From: Nitrospirota bacterium
GTDB taxonomy: Bacteria; Nitrospirota; UBA9217
NCBI GenBank assembly: GCA_963740085.1
Contig: CAVUCU010000001.1
Coordinates: 800,001 to 864,000 of the forward strand
Direction: 5' to 3'
DNA length: 64,000 bases
The position numbers were made by a program, and so were the translations under genes. Of this stretch, positions 20,588 to 30,626 are shown piece after piece. The notes below the pieces were generated by a model. It ran no database searches. It was not told where the DNA came from and saw only the letters and a list, made by a program, of their open reading frames with translations. Numbering within the stretch: position 1 is the stretch's first letter; every line of letters starts with the position of its first letter.

Positions 20588-21484
20588 TTAAATCCCCCTT
20601 TTCAATTCCTTCGCGACGATGGTGAGTGCGACACCGCCGAGGATCAGGATAGACGCGATCACCAGCCTGAACGTGAACGCCTCGGCCAGGAAGATAACCC
20701 CTCCGAATGCGGTGAGGAGCGGCACCGGGAGTTGCACCGTGGCGGCGCGGGTCGCTGAAAGGCCCCGAAGGGCAGTGTACCAGATGACGTACCCGATCGC
20801 GGAGGCAAGCGATCCGGACAGGATCGCGAGCAGAATGCCCTTTTGCTGGAGATGAACTCCCTGAAGGCTGGCAGCCAGGACCGCGAGGCTGAAAGGTACG
20901 GCCCTGATGAAGTTTCCCGCTGTCTGGAAAATCGGGTCCTTTACCCCGCGGCCCCGCAACGAATAGAAGCCCCAGGCAATGCCGGCCAGTGTCATGAGGA
21001 ACGCGCCGTGGGGCGAAGGCGCCGCTATCCCGGGAAATACGAGGTAGACCAGGCCCGCAAACGCGATCGCCAGGCCCGCCCACTGAAGCGGATGAGGACG
21101 CTCGCCGGCCAGGAGCCCGGAGATGATCATCGTGGCCTGGACAGCACCGAAAAGGATGAGAGCCCCCGTCCCTGCGCTCAAACTAAGATAGGCAAAGGAG
21201 AATGCGACCGCGTACAAAAAGAGCTGAAATCCGCCGATCCAGCTGCCGGCGGCGAGGGTATGAGTGCCGCCGCTCAAAAAGAGAGTCAGCATCGCAAGAG
21301 TAATTGCGCCGGAAGCCAGCCGGATGGCAGTGAAGCTTGCAGCATCGATGGCATGCGCCCCGAGGGCCATGCGGCAAAGGATGGAATTAGTGGCGAATGC
21401 CGCCATGGCGACAGCGGTCAGAAGCCAGATCCGTAAAGGTCGATTGCTTCCCTCAAAAGGAGGGTTGGTTGATGACTGTTCCAT
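20588..21484 (-). CDS. DMT/EamA family transporter
   Basis: 10 TM helices, two EamA repeats. Confidence 0.88.
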   Translation of the reverse strand: MEQSSTNPPFEGSNRPLRIWLLTAVAMAAFATNSILCRMALGAHAIDAASFTAIRLASGAITLAMLTLFLSGGTHTLAAGSWIGGFQLFLYAVAFSFAYLSLSAGTGALILFGAVQATMIISGLLAGERPHPLQWAGLAIAFAGLVYLVFPGIAAPSPHGAFLMTLAGIAWGFYSLRGRGVKDPIFQTAGNFIRAVPFSLAVLAASLQGVHLQQKGILLAILSGSLASAIGYVIWYTALRGLSATRAATVQLPVPLLTAFGGVIFLAEAFTFRLVIASILILGGVALTIVAKELKRGI

Positions 21485-21586
21485 GCGTTCTCTTATAACA
21501 GGTACGAAAAAGGCATGATCGGCGGCCAGGCCAAAGGGGATCGTTGGCGGACGTATTCGACTCGCAGAAAGCTTAATGAGCCGAAG

Positions 21587-23299
21587 TTAAACAAGTTGCT
21601 TCTGTTGCTGCATCCATGCGTCTATATCATGCTCCGCAAGGGGACGGGCCAGGAGGAAACCTTGACAAAAGCCGCACTCCATTTTCCGAATATTGGATAA
21701 TTGATGGTCCATCTCCACACCCTCGGCTATCACGTCCACCTTCAGGCTGTTCGCCAGGGAAATGATAGAGGTAATGATCTCCTTATTGGAGCCGTCAGCG
21801 GTAAGTTTGCTGATAAAGCTGCGGTCTATCTTGAGTGCATTGATCGGGAAGCGATGAAGATAGCTGAGCGAAGAATGTCCCGTTCCAAAATCATCGATAT
21901 GAATCTGTATCCCCATCTCTCGCAGCACGTTCATTGTCTCCACGGCGGCATCGACGTTCTCCATGATCATGCTCTCGGTGATTTCCAATGCGATGCTGTG
22001 CGGATCAACTTCCGTCTCTACCAGAAACCCCGAAAGCATGCTTACCAGATCCTGATGAGCGAATTGTTTGCTCGAAATATTGATGCTCATCGTCAGGGGA
22101 GGCTGATGAGGATAGTGGACCTGGAGCCTTTTCAGCTCACGACACGCTTCGTGAAGTATCCATTCCCCGATTTGATTGATAAGCCCGTTCTCTTCGGCAA
22201 GCGGGATGAACTCCAGGGGGTAGATGAGGCCGCGCGTCGGATGATTCCAGCGGACGAGAGCCTCAAAGCCCGTTAATTGCTGCACTTTCAGATCGATAAT
22301 AGGTTGGTAGTAGAGAATGAGCTCCTTGCGGTCAACAGCGCCCCGTAGATCCGTCTCCAACTGCATCCGGTTCAGAATGTTGGCGTGCATCTCGGCATCG
22401 AAAACCTCGTAGGAGGCGTTCCCGCGGTCTTTCGCCTCGTACATTGCAATGTCAGCGTCTCGCAGGGGCTGCTCCGGCCGTTCATACCAGTCTGTGTCTA
22501 TTGCGATCCCTATACTCAGGGAGGGATAAATATCATTTCCTTTGATACTGAGCGGGGTTGACAAGCTCCTCTTTGCCCGATCTGCAACTTCTATCGCATG
22601 AGCAGGATCGCCTATATTCTCCAGAAGAATTGCGAATTCGTCCCCTCCCAGGCGAGCTACCGTATCGCCGGGGCGAACGCAGTCAATGAGCTTGCGGCCG
22701 ACCATGACGAGGACCTGATCCCCGATGAGATGACCAAGGCTGTCATTGATTACCTTGAACCGGTCTATATCGCAGAAGAGCACGGCGTAGAAGGGAGTGC
22801 CGGCACGTCGCTGAGATGTGGTGATGGCATGCTGGAGCCTGTCCATAAAAAGGGTCCGGTTGGGCAGGCCGGTCAGCGCATCGTGGAAAAGATCATGGGT
22901 GAGCTTCTCTTCGATCCTTTTCCTCTCGGCAACTTCATCTTCAAGTTTCGCATAACTGTTCTTCAATGATATGCTCATGGCATTGATATGGGACGCGAGC
23001 TCGCCCAACTCGGTCTTGTCCTGGTAGTCAACGGTATGTCCCGCGTCGCCCGAGGCGATCATTCGAGTCGCCTTGACGAGTGTATTGACGGGCTGAGCTA
23101 TCCCCTTTATAAGATTCCCGGCAGCGACAATGACGGCGATCAAAGTTACCGTCACGGTCCCCGCGATCATGGACCAAACCCACTCGGTCCCGCTATCGAG
23201 GCCCTGCGCCGCGCTTCTGATATACAGGGCTACGACAGCGGAACCAAGGGTGGAGATGATAAAAAGGGCCGTGAGAGAAACAAAAATCTTCCGCTTCAT
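21587..23299 (-). CDS. HAMP-GGDEF-EAL signalling protein
   Basis: 2 TM, HAMP, RLGGDEF, EALVRW, IDDFGTG. Confidence 0.93.
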   Translation of the reverse strand: MKRKIFVSLTALFIISTLGSAVVALYIRSAAQGLDSGTEWVWSMIAGTVTVTLIAVIVAAGNLIKGIAQPVNTLVKATRMIASGDAGHTVDYQDKTELGELASHINAMSISLKNSYAKLEDEVAERKRIEEKLTHDLFHDALTGLPNRTLFMDRLQHAITTSQRRAGTPFYAVLFCDIDRFKVINDSLGHLIGDQVLVMVGRKLIDCVRPGDTVARLGGDEFAILLENIGDPAHAIEVADRAKRSLSTPLSIKGNDIYPSLSIGIAIDTDWYERPEQPLRDADIAMYEAKDRGNASYEVFDAEMHANILNRMQLETDLRGAVDRKELILYYQPIIDLKVQQLTGFEALVRWNHPTRGLIYPLEFIPLAEENGLINQIGEWILHEACRELKRLQVHYPHQPPLTMSINISSKQFAHQDLVSMLSGFLVETEVDPHSIALEITESMIMENVDAAVETMNVLREMGIQIHIDDFGTGHSSLSYLHRFPINALKIDRSFISKLTADGSNKEIITSIISLANSLKVDVIAEGVEMDHQLSNIRKMECGFCQGFLLARPLAEHDIDAWMQQQKQLV

Positions 23300-23487
23300 A
23301 AGGCAGCAATTCCTCAAAAATTCTCAGTTTCTCTGCCGGACCCGGCATGGTCAGAAAAATCATCCGGACAGGGACAAGGACTTTATCTTTATCAGAGATG
23401 ATACATGGTACATTTGAGTATGGTGACTGTATGGGCTAATGCTTGCCTAAACATTTCACACGATATATTATCTTTCAAGCCCCGACC

Positions 23488-23664
23488 TCATTTGGTTCTT
23501 GGAATAGTCTTCAGGTTTCCAGCCTTTGATGGTCTTTTGAGACCGCATTGCGTTCCCTTGCAGCCGCACAGTGGATGCCAGTTCTTGAACCCGTAGTAGT
23601 AAGCAATGGCGGCATAGATATAGATCGCCGCAGCGATGGCGAAAATGCTCAGAATGATCGTCAT
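23488..23664 (-). CDS. small membrane protein with Cys motif (58 aa, absent from ORF track)
   Basis: RBS GAGG; MTIILSIFAIAAAIYIYAAIAYYYGFKNWHPLCGCKGTQCGLKRPSKAGNLKTIPRTK. Confidence 0.6.
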   Translation of the reverse strand: MTIILSIFAIAAAIYIYAAIAYYYGFKNWHPLCGCKGTQCGLKRPSKAGNLKTIPRTK

Positions 23665-24128
23665 ACCTCATCCTCTGAGGAGCATCGCAGATCAGATGCG
23701 GGTATCATGATTGAACTGCTCCTCTTAGCTTATACGGCAGCTGCATCGAATTGGCTGCTTTAACAGCCCCGCCCGGATTTCGCTCACCGCACTGTTTTAG
23801 GTTACCCTTCGCTAATATCTGGTCCCATAAAAAGAATAGTTCGCCGTGTACGCGCAGCCCGAAAATAACATCGTCGTGAGCACAGCACATGCCATTGCCC
23901 TTATTGAGCGTTTTTTCATAGGTATACTCCATGATATCTGATGTGTGTGCAATCTTTTTCATAACGGAGGAAAAATGAGTTGTTTCTGTAAGCCAGAGTA
24001 AAACAATTATCGGCGAATGTCAACGATTTCAGTCACCCTGCGAGCATTATTAGCCTGCCCTTGAATTCGCCCGGGTGGCGGAGGTACAATATATGTAGAA
24101 AAAGTTTTATCAGCAAGGAGGTAGAACT

Positions 24129-24461
24129 ATGGTAACCGTAGGGTTGTACGTACATTTGGAAGCAAAGCCGGGAAAAGAGGCCGAGGTAGAGCGTTTTATC
24201 AAGAGCGGTCTTCAAATCGTCATGGATGAGCCGGCCACATGTGCCTGGTTCGGGATCCGATTGGGTCCGTCAACATTCGGCATCTTCGATGCCTTCCCGG
24301 ATGAGCAAGGCCGGCAGGCGCATCTCTCGGGCAAGGTTGCAGCCGCTTTGATGGCGAAGGCCCCCGAACTCCTGGCGAAACCGCCCGTTATTGAAAAAGT
24401 CGAGGTACTTGCGGCCAAGCTCCCCGAGGCCATTCTCTCGAAAGTGAGAAAGGCTGCCTGA
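24129..24461 (+). CDS. antibiotic biosynthesis monooxygenase (ABM) family protein
   Basis: LEAKPGKE, FGIFDAFPDE.GRQAHLSG; RBS AAGGAGGT. Confidence 0.85.
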   Translation: MVTVGLYVHLEAKPGKEAEVERFIKSGLQIVMDEPATCAWFGIRLGPSTFGIFDAFPDEQGRQAHLSGKVAAALMAKAPELLAKPPVIEKVEVLAAKLPEAILSKVRKAA

Positions 24462-24514
24462 GTCAGAATGTCATAGAGACGTCGCTGCGCCGGTTGCGCA
24501 GTGTTTGTAACCAC

Positions 24515-24546
24515 GGCCGGAGAAAGCTGTTCTCCGGCCTTTTTTT
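24515..24546 (+). terminator. Rho-independent terminator
   Basis: GGCCGGAGAA...TTCTCCGGCC plus T7. Confidence 0.85.
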
Positions 24547-24614
24547 GGCGTCGCCTGCATCATTTTTTCAACCTGCAAACCTGCTATACTATTACAAACG
24601 AAATAAGTATTGTT

Positions 24615-24744
24615 GATGAATTCGCAAGAAGTCAAGATTTGCCACAAAAGTCGCAAAGAGCACTTAAATAAGACTTTAAACGCTGAAGATCTTTTCTGTG
24701 CCTTATGCGCATTTTGTGGCTAAAGAACTTTTTACGAATCTATC
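24615..24744 (+). mobile_element. MITE family B, copy 1
   Basis: TIRs GATGAATTCGCAAGAAGT / ACTTTTTACGAATCTATC; 6-bp flanks ATTGTT/ATTGCT; inverted copy at 42513-42640. Confidence 0.82.
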
Positions 24745-24854
24745 ATTGCTACATTCCTGCGGGATCCCCTCTCCCCCCCTCTTCCCGCTGGAGAGATGAC
24801 GAAGGTGAGGGGCGGTCTGTTATAAAGCCCTTCGCGACTACAGGAGGTTCACCA

Positions 24855-25778
24855 ATGTCTGAAAAAAACAGAAAGATCCGCAAAGTGTTCAAAAGCAGGC
24901 CCACGATCGAGGGTGCAGGGGTCCATCTGAGGCGCGTCTTCGGAAACAGCGAGGTCCCGCTCTTTGATCCGTTCCTGCTGCTCGACGATTTTCGCAATAC
25001 GGACCCCTATCAATACATCAAGGGCTTTCCCTGGCACCCCCATCGCGGCATCGAGACGATCACCTATGTTTTGCAGGGAGACGTCGAGCACGGCGACAGC
25101 ATGGGGAACAAGGGTGTCATCACGTCGGGCGACACGCAGTGGATGACCGCGGGAAGCGGCATCATTCACCAGGAAATGCCCAAGGGAGACGACGGAGGCG
25201 TGATGGAGGGTTTTCAACTCTGGGCGAATCTGCCGAGGTCGCGCAAGATGATGGATCCCCGGTACCGTGACATCAAAAGCTCGCAGGTGCCGGAGGTGGT
25301 GATGAAGAGCGGCGCCACGGTCAAGGTCATCTGCGGGACCGTGGAGGGAAAGAGGGGCCCGGTCAGGGACATCGTCATCGATCCCGAATATCTCGACGTC
25401 ACGATGCCTGCCCGTACCGAGTTCGTCCACAAGACAACGCGCGGCCACACGGTCTTCGCGTACGTGATCAAGGGAAAGGGCGTCTTCTGCAACGAAAAGA
25501 ACCCCTACGCCTACGATGCCCTGGGCGTGAACTATTTCGACATGGAGCGCGATCCCTACATCCACAATGGAACGGCTGTGCTTTTCGATGACGGGGACCA
25601 GGTCATGGTCGCGGCGCAGGACGAACCGGTGCGCTTTCTGCTCATATCGGGCAAGCCCATTGGCGAGCCCGTGGCGTGGTACGGCCCGATCGTGATGAAC
25701 ACGGAAGAGGAGCTGCGAGTTGCATTTGAAGAGTACCAGGACGGAACGTTCATCAAATCCGGCAGCAGCAGATCCTGA
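24855..25778 (+). CDS. pirin family protein
   Basis: DPFLLLD, HPHRGIETITY, WMTAGSGIIHQE, GPIVMNT. Confidence 0.93.
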   Translation: MSEKNRKIRKVFKSRPTIEGAGVHLRRVFGNSEVPLFDPFLLLDDFRNTDPYQYIKGFPWHPHRGIETITYVLQGDVEHGDSMGNKGVITSGDTQWMTAGSGIIHQEMPKGDDGGVMEGFQLWANLPRSRKMMDPRYRDIKSSQVPEVVMKSGATVKVICGTVEGKRGPVRDIVIDPEYLDVTMPARTEFVHKTTRGHTVFAYVIKGKGVFCNEKNPYAYDALGVNYFDMERDPYIHNGTAVLFDDGDQVMVAAQDEPVRFLLISGKPIGEPVAWYGPIVMNTEEELRVAFEEYQDGTFIKSGSSRS

Positions 25779-25790
25779 GAGACGACCAGG

Positions 25791-25881
25791 AGCTGTACTG
25801 GTTCCGATGCGGTAACTGTTGTCAGTGGGATTCGTGCCGGGGACATTCGGATCGCTGGTCTGGCGGTCACACTGCGCGTCG
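25791..25881 (-). repeat. degenerate direct copy of the 3' end of the beta-barrel gene (26752-26843)
   Basis: AGCTGTAC...TGTTGTCAGTGG..TTCGTGCCGGG.ACATTCG.ATCGCTG...GCGCGTCG at both sites. Confidence 0.8.
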
Positions 25882-25909
25882 TCAGCCGCGCGTTCGTTCC
25901 GTCAGGAGA

Positions 25910-26701
25910 TCACGGGGTCTTTAATGTAGTTCGCCGATTTTTAAACAAAAGGACCCCGACGCCGACAGAGATCATTACTGCACTCAGCATCTGTCCCATC
26001 GTGAAAATGCCGAGGATAAATCCGATTTGCGGGTCCGGCTCTCTAAAGAACTCCGCAATGACCCTGAAGACCCCGTATAAAATAAGGAAAAGAGAAGTGA
26101 TTGTACCTGCCTTGTAATTCTTATCCTTAATAAACCAGAGAAGGGCAAAGAGGGTGACGCCTTCAAGAAGAAACTCATAGAGCTGCGACGGGTGCCTCGG
26201 AAGAGGTCCGCCCGCCGGGAACACCATACCCCACGGCACATCGGTGATTCTGCCGTAAAGCTCTCCATTGATGAAGTTCCCCAATCTGCCCAATCCGAGA
26301 CCGATGGGGGCTGTCACCATAACAAGATCGGCAAGCACCCAAACATCATATTTCTTTTTCACTGAAAATATCACTCCGGCAACTACGGCGCCGATCAACC
26401 CGCCGTGAAACGACATGCCTCCGTGCCAGACTGCGAATATTTCTGCCGGATTTTTGAGATACTCACTGAAATTATAAAACAGGACATAGCCAAGCCTTGC
26501 TCCCAGAACAAGACCTATTATAAGAAATGAATACAGGGAATCGATGTCATCTGTTTTTATCGCCAGCTTCTTTTTCTTAATCTGGTATTTGACAAGGATA
26601 TAGGAGGCGCTAAACCCGAGAAGGTACATGACACCATACCACCTCACGGACAAGGGGCCGAGCTTGATCATGACAGGGTCTATGTGCGGAAATGGGATCA
26701 T
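25910..26701 (-). CDS. lgt: prolipoprotein diacylglyceryl transferase
   Basis: VRWYG, GGMSFHGG, GRLGNFINGELYGR, HPSQLYE. Confidence 0.95.
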   Translation of the reverse strand: MIPFPHIDPVMIKLGPLSVRWYGVMYLLGFSASYILVKYQIKKKKLAIKTDDIDSLYSFLIIGLVLGARLGYVLFYNFSEYLKNPAEIFAVWHGGMSFHGGLIGAVVAGVIFSVKKKYDVWVLADLVMVTAPIGLGLGRLGNFINGELYGRITDVPWGMVFPAGGPLPRHPSQLYEFLLEGVTLFALLWFIKDKNYKAGTITSLFLILYGVFRVIAEFFREPDPQIGFILGIFTMGQMLSAVMISVGVGVLLFKNRRTTLKTP

Positions 26702-26746
26702 AGCATTATTTGGCGCGAAAAGAAGACGGGCTGCGTCTCCGGCTCC

Positions 26747-27634
26747 TCAATAGCTGTACCTGAGTCCAATGCTGTAAATGTTGTCAGTGGTGTTCGTGCC
26801 GGGTACATTCGAATCGCTGACCTGGTGGTCATATTGCGCGTCGAGAAACCATTTTCTCATGAGTTCCCATTCAAGCCCCAGAGAGATCGTCTGGGCCGTT
26901 ACTTTGAAGTCCGAGGGTTGGTCAAAGATGCGGACAAGGTAATTATAGCCAAGAAGAACGGTAGCCGGCGGCGCAACCAGGTATCCGGCCCAGATGCTCG
27001 CGGCATTGCCCTGATAGGTAAAGAACGGGGAATCGGCGGAATTCTTCTCATAATCGTAGCTTTCCTTCAGCCAGAAAGACGGCGCAAACCGCTCCTTGAA
27101 CAGCAGGTTCGCTCCATAAGCCGAGCTGTTGCGCTGCGAATCATTATATCCTTTGATCGCGCCGTTGATCGCCAGTCTTGCGGTGACAATATCGCCCAGG
27201 CCTTTGTTGATACCGGTGCTCAAGCTTCCTATCGTGGAATCGAATTGAGTAAAAGAACTGTAGGAGGTATGCTGCACACCACCTGCAAAAAAAAGCCAGG
27301 TATCATCCGCGATCCGCGTGGTACTCCCGAGGTTCGCGAAGAGGTTGATGGAGGTATCGCTGTTCGATTGTGAGCTCGACCCGAGATATTGCGGTGTTTG
27401 GCCGCCCATGCCGGTCATGCTCATGGCGCTCATCATCCCGGGACCCGGTGCAGTCGTCACGCCCGCTGTCCCGCCTCGCTTGTCGGATAAAAGGCCGATG
27501 ACATTGTCTTCATATATTCCCTTTACCTCAACATTATAAAAAATGCCCGCCTGAGCGGCCGGTACCAATCCGAGATACATGAAGAGCGCTAAACAGATAC
27601 TGCTTGCGTAAATTACGAACCGATGAGTATGCAT
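26747..27634 (-). CDS. putative outer-membrane beta-barrel protein with Met-rich loop
   Basis: Signal peptide, alternating aromatic beta-strands, C-terminal IGLRYSY, insert GPGMMSAMSMTGMGG. Confidence 0.7.
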   Translation of the reverse strand: MHTHRFVIYASSICLALFMYLGLVPAAQAGIFYNVEVKGIYEDNVIGLLSDKRGGTAGVTTAPGPGMMSAMSMTGMGGQTPQYLGSSSQSNSDTSINLFANLGSTTRIADDTWLFFAGGVQHTSYSSFTQFDSTIGSLSTGINKGLGDIVTARLAINGAIKGYNDSQRNSSAYGANLLFKERFAPSFWLKESYDYEKNSADSPFFTYQGNAASIWAGYLVAPPATVLLGYNYLVRIFDQPSDFKVTAQTISLGLEWELMRKWFLDAQYDHQVSDSNVPGTNTTDNIYSIGLRYSY

Positions 27635-27783
27635 GCGTTCTTTCTCCCTGTACTGTCTTCACTGATCCTGATTTTCGCCAAGTTGGAACAGTTCATCCGG
27701 GTGGCACGGCGAATATCAAGGCATCCGGCAGGCTGTAAATGAAATTCTATTTGACCCTGAAATGAACTTCACCTCTTCTTGCA

Positions 27784-28719
27784 TCACATCCTTCCGCCCC
27801 GGCCTCCCATGCCTCCCATGCCCGAGCCGCTGCCGCCCATGCCGCCGGAGCCCTGACCGTCCATCATACCTCCTCCCGGCTGCTCATGCATGTTGCGCAT
27901 ATCTCCCCGCTCCATATGGGATTCCATACCGGAAACAATCTCGTCCATGGAACGGTTCTTCCTGAGCCCTTCGACCATGTAGCGCTCCATGGTCTCCAGG
28001 TCTTGCCCGGAATAGCCCCGATCGATCGCGGAATGGACCATCCGCGACGCTTGTTCCGCATGCATCCCGTTGCCGACAAACACCGTCATCGTGTCTACAG
28101 CCCGGTCAAAGAGCACGATCGAACCCTTCTGTTCCCGCACTTTCTCACCCGTGCGCATGATGGCGTCAGAAGGGATGGATTTTTCAAGCGCCCTCGCCAC
28201 GGTCTCGACCGCGTCGTCCGATCGACCGGAGTGAGTGGGTTTCACTCCTCTGCTTTCGATCTTCTCCACCATCGGTCTGGCTGTCGCGAGATGATTGGAA
28301 AGCCTCTGTGTCACTCCCGAGATCCGCTCTGCCGGAACCCCTTTGGCCAGCCCCTGCTCGATCCGGTCAAGGACAAGCCGCGTCGGCAAGTGCTGCTCCC
28401 TCACCCTGGTCGCGGTTTCGAGAAAGCCTTCTATGGTTGAACCGGGTACGCCCTGTTTCAGTCCGCGGGTGATGATGATCGACACGTCTTCAGCCGGAAT
28501 GCCTGAGGTCACCGCGTGATCGGCCTTCGTGAGAATTCCCGCCTTCGCTTCCTTCGTGAGCGATGATTGTTCGACGGTGACCCGTGCCTCATCGAGATGT
28601 CTTGAGCCCGCCTCGTCAGCACCGGCCCGCAGCCCGAACGTCAGCGTCATCAATCCGACGAGCGCAGGCAAAGCGACCATTTTTGTTATTTTGTTCATGG
28701 TCCGTCCCCTCTTGTTCAT
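27784..28719 (-). CDS. secreted helical hypothetical protein with Met/Gly-rich tail
   Basis: Signal peptide, repeated xGLxxGVP helices, tail GGMMDGQGSGGMGG; overlaps anti-sigma stop. Confidence 0.7.
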   Translation of the reverse strand: MNKRGRTMNKITKMVALPALVGLMTLTFGLRAGADEAGSRHLDEARVTVEQSSLTKEAKAGILTKADHAVTSGIPAEDVSIIITRGLKQGVPGSTIEGFLETATRVREQHLPTRLVLDRIEQGLAKGVPAERISGVTQRLSNHLATARPMVEKIESRGVKPTHSGRSDDAVETVARALEKSIPSDAIMRTGEKVREQKGSIVLFDRAVDTMTVFVGNGMHAEQASRMVHSAIDRGYSGQDLETMERYMVEGLRKNRSMDEIVSGMESHMERGDMRNMHEQPGGGMMDGQGSGGMGGSGSGMGGMGGRGGRM

Positions 28720-29375
28720 ATGGCTACCCTCAATACGGAATTCTTATGTCCGAAGCCGTCATCATCGTACGATTGCGCATTCGGGTCAGGGACCCAGACC
28801 TTGCCGTCAACGACGAACATATAGGAATAAGCCCCGGGCTTCAAGGGGATAGTGATGGTCCATAAGCCGTTATTCCCCTTCTTGAGGATGTTCGAATCGA
28901 CTTTCCATTTATTAAAGGTGCCCGCCACCGCTACCTGCCTTGCCTGAGGCGCGGACAAGGTCATGGTTACGGTGACCAGTTGATCCTGCGCAGGAACAGC
29001 CGCGGTATCAACAGGCCTGTTCTGGACCCGGACCACCTGGGTGAGCACAAGGGCGACAAGCCCGACGGTCGCGAGCGCAGTGGCCATGTTCCATCTCAGC
29101 GCCCTGCCCTTGAAGAAAAAATTCCAGGCCCGCCGTCCGAGAGGCGCCTTTCTGGGCGGCAGCCTTCTCATGACCTCGGCCGTAAAGAAGGCCGGGGCCG
29201 GCATCCGTTCGCTCTTTTCCACCGTGCGAAGCGCACGGGCGATGTCATCAAACTCTTCCCTGAGGAGCGGGTCCGCCTGGACCTGGGCCTTCATCTCCAG
29301 TTGTTCATCGGGAGCAGCGTCGCCATCGAGGATCTTATGAATAAGATCCCTGTTCAGTTCGTTCTTGTTATTCAT
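28716..29375 (-). CDS. putative anti-sigma factor with extracytoplasmic CBM48 (glycogen-binding-like) domain
   Basis: Anti-sigma-like N-terminus, single TM, VAVAGTFNKW...PGAYSYMFVVDGKVWVPDP..DDGFGHKNSV. Confidence 0.8.
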   Translation of the reverse strand: MNNKNELNRDLIHKILDGDAAPDEQLEMKAQVQADPLLREEFDDIARALRTVEKSERMPAPAFFTAEVMRRLPPRKAPLGRRAWNFFFKGRALRWNMATALATVGLVALVLTQVVRVQNRPVDTAAVPAQDQLVTVTMTLSAPQARQVAVAGTFNKWKVDSNILKKGNNGLWTITIPLKPGAYSYMFVVDGKVWVPDPNAQSYDDDGFGHKNSVLRVAI

Positions 29376-29935
29376 ACCCTGTCCCCCATTTCCTGCAGGA
29401 GTTCTTTGAGCATTTCCCGTCCGCGATGCGCCCGCACTTTCAGCGCGTTGACGCTGACGCCGAGGATGTCCGAGATCTCGCGATAGTCCAATTCCTCGAT
29501 GTGCTTGAGCACGATCACTTCCCGGTACTCATCGGGAAGCGAGTTCAGCGCTTTCTGGACCACGTCGCCTGTCTGCCGAGATGACGCGGTTTGTTCCGGT
29601 GTTCGTTCCCTGGATGGCACAATATCACTGATCTCATCCACCTGCACCGTGTCCCGCTCGGCCCTCAGGTGGTCCTTGCACTTGTTCACCACGATCCGGT
29701 AGAGCCAGGAAGAAAACCTGGAGCCGTACTGAAATTTTTCCAGAGATGCGTAGGCCGATATAAAACTTTCCTGGGACATGTCCTTGGCTGCGTCCCCATC
29801 ACCGAGCATGCGGTAGGCGATGTTATACGCCATGGACTTGTATCTATCCACGAGGATGGCATATTGTGCGGAGTCTCCGTCCAAACACAGCCGTATGATC
29901 TCACGCTCTTCAGTTTCAGGAGAAATACTCATCAT
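29372..29935 (-). CDS. ECF RNA polymerase sigma factor
   Basis: Region 2 (DMSQESFISAY, FSSWLYRI) and region 4 (YREISDIL..VKVRAHRGR-like). Confidence 0.92.
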   Translation of the reverse strand: MMSISPETEEREIIRLCLDGDSAQYAILVDRYKSMAYNIAYRMLGDGDAAKDMSQESFISAYASLEKFQYGSRFSSWLYRIVVNKCKDHLRAERDTVQVDEISDIVPSRERTPEQTASSRQTGDVVQKALNSLPDEYREVIVLKHIEELDYREISDILGVSVNALKVRAHRGREMLKELLQEMGDRV

Positions 29936-29943
29936 TCACATCC

Positions 29944-29974
29944 ATTAGACGAAAGAAAAGCAACAAAGGTTACC
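29944..29974 (-). promoter_or_regulatory. ECF-type promoter of the sigma operon
   Basis: GGTAACC-N16-CGTCTAAT; same motif at 32414-32443. Confidence 0.7.
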
Positions 29975-29978
29975 GGTG

Positions 29979-30365
29979 TTAAGACTTTTTTTCGATCACC
30001 ACGACGGAGTTTTTGCCCCCGAAACCATCATCAGCCCGGGGAGCTCCGGGATCAAGCCGCCACTCTTTTTTATTTATGAAGAAGAGGTATTCGTATCGGC
30101 CTTCAGGGAGGGGCAGGATAACGGTCCAGACGCCGTTCCTGTCCGGACCGGTGAGCATATTTCTGTGAACATCCCATTGATTGAAGCTTCCCGCGATCGC
30201 GACACTTTTCGCCTCAGGCGCATAAAAGGGGAAATATACCCCCTCAGGGCGCACCTCGGGACTCAGATGCCTGGGTCCGCAGCCGGTGATGGAAACAGCA
30301 AACAACATCAGCACCGCTATTTTCAGAACGATCCGTTGCATTGGAGACTCACTAAATGTCGTCAA
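29979..30365 (-). CDS. CBM48 / glycogen-binding-domain lipoprotein
   Basis: Lipobox ITGC; VAIAGSFNQW...EGRYEYLF..WRLDP..DDGFGGKNSV. Confidence 0.85.
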   Translation of the reverse strand: MTTFSESPMQRIVLKIAVLMLFAVSITGCGPRHLSPEVRPEGVYFPFYAPEAKSVAIAGSFNQWDVHRNMLTGPDRNGVWTVILPLPEGRYEYLFFINKKEWRLDPGAPRADDGFGGKNSVVVIEKKS

Positions 30366-30537
30366 CTCTTTTGCCTTGCGAAAGTTAGAAGCATATTCAA
30401 AATTCTTTTTCTATTATACCATCTCAAAGGAATATAGCGGATGTGTCCTGCATGAAAGATAAGGACTGTATATTTATGTTGCATTTTTGCATGATCCCGA
30501 TGATTCACGATACGAAGAGAAAAAGATTTATTACCGT

Positions 30538-30579
30538 AAAAAAATACCGGCAGTAGGAAGACCTTCCTACTGCCGGTAT
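30538..30579 (-). terminator. Rho-independent terminator
   Basis: ATACCGGCAGTAGGAAG / CTTCCTACTGCCGGTAT with A-run on + strand. Confidence 0.85.
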
Positions 30580-30626
30580 GCCGTTGTTAAAACAGCGATT
30601 CCCTGAAAGGACAACTGTTCTAACTA

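Noticed and set aside
23705-23962. 85-aa ORF
   Set aside because: No recognisable motif; cannot be supported beyond ORF presence
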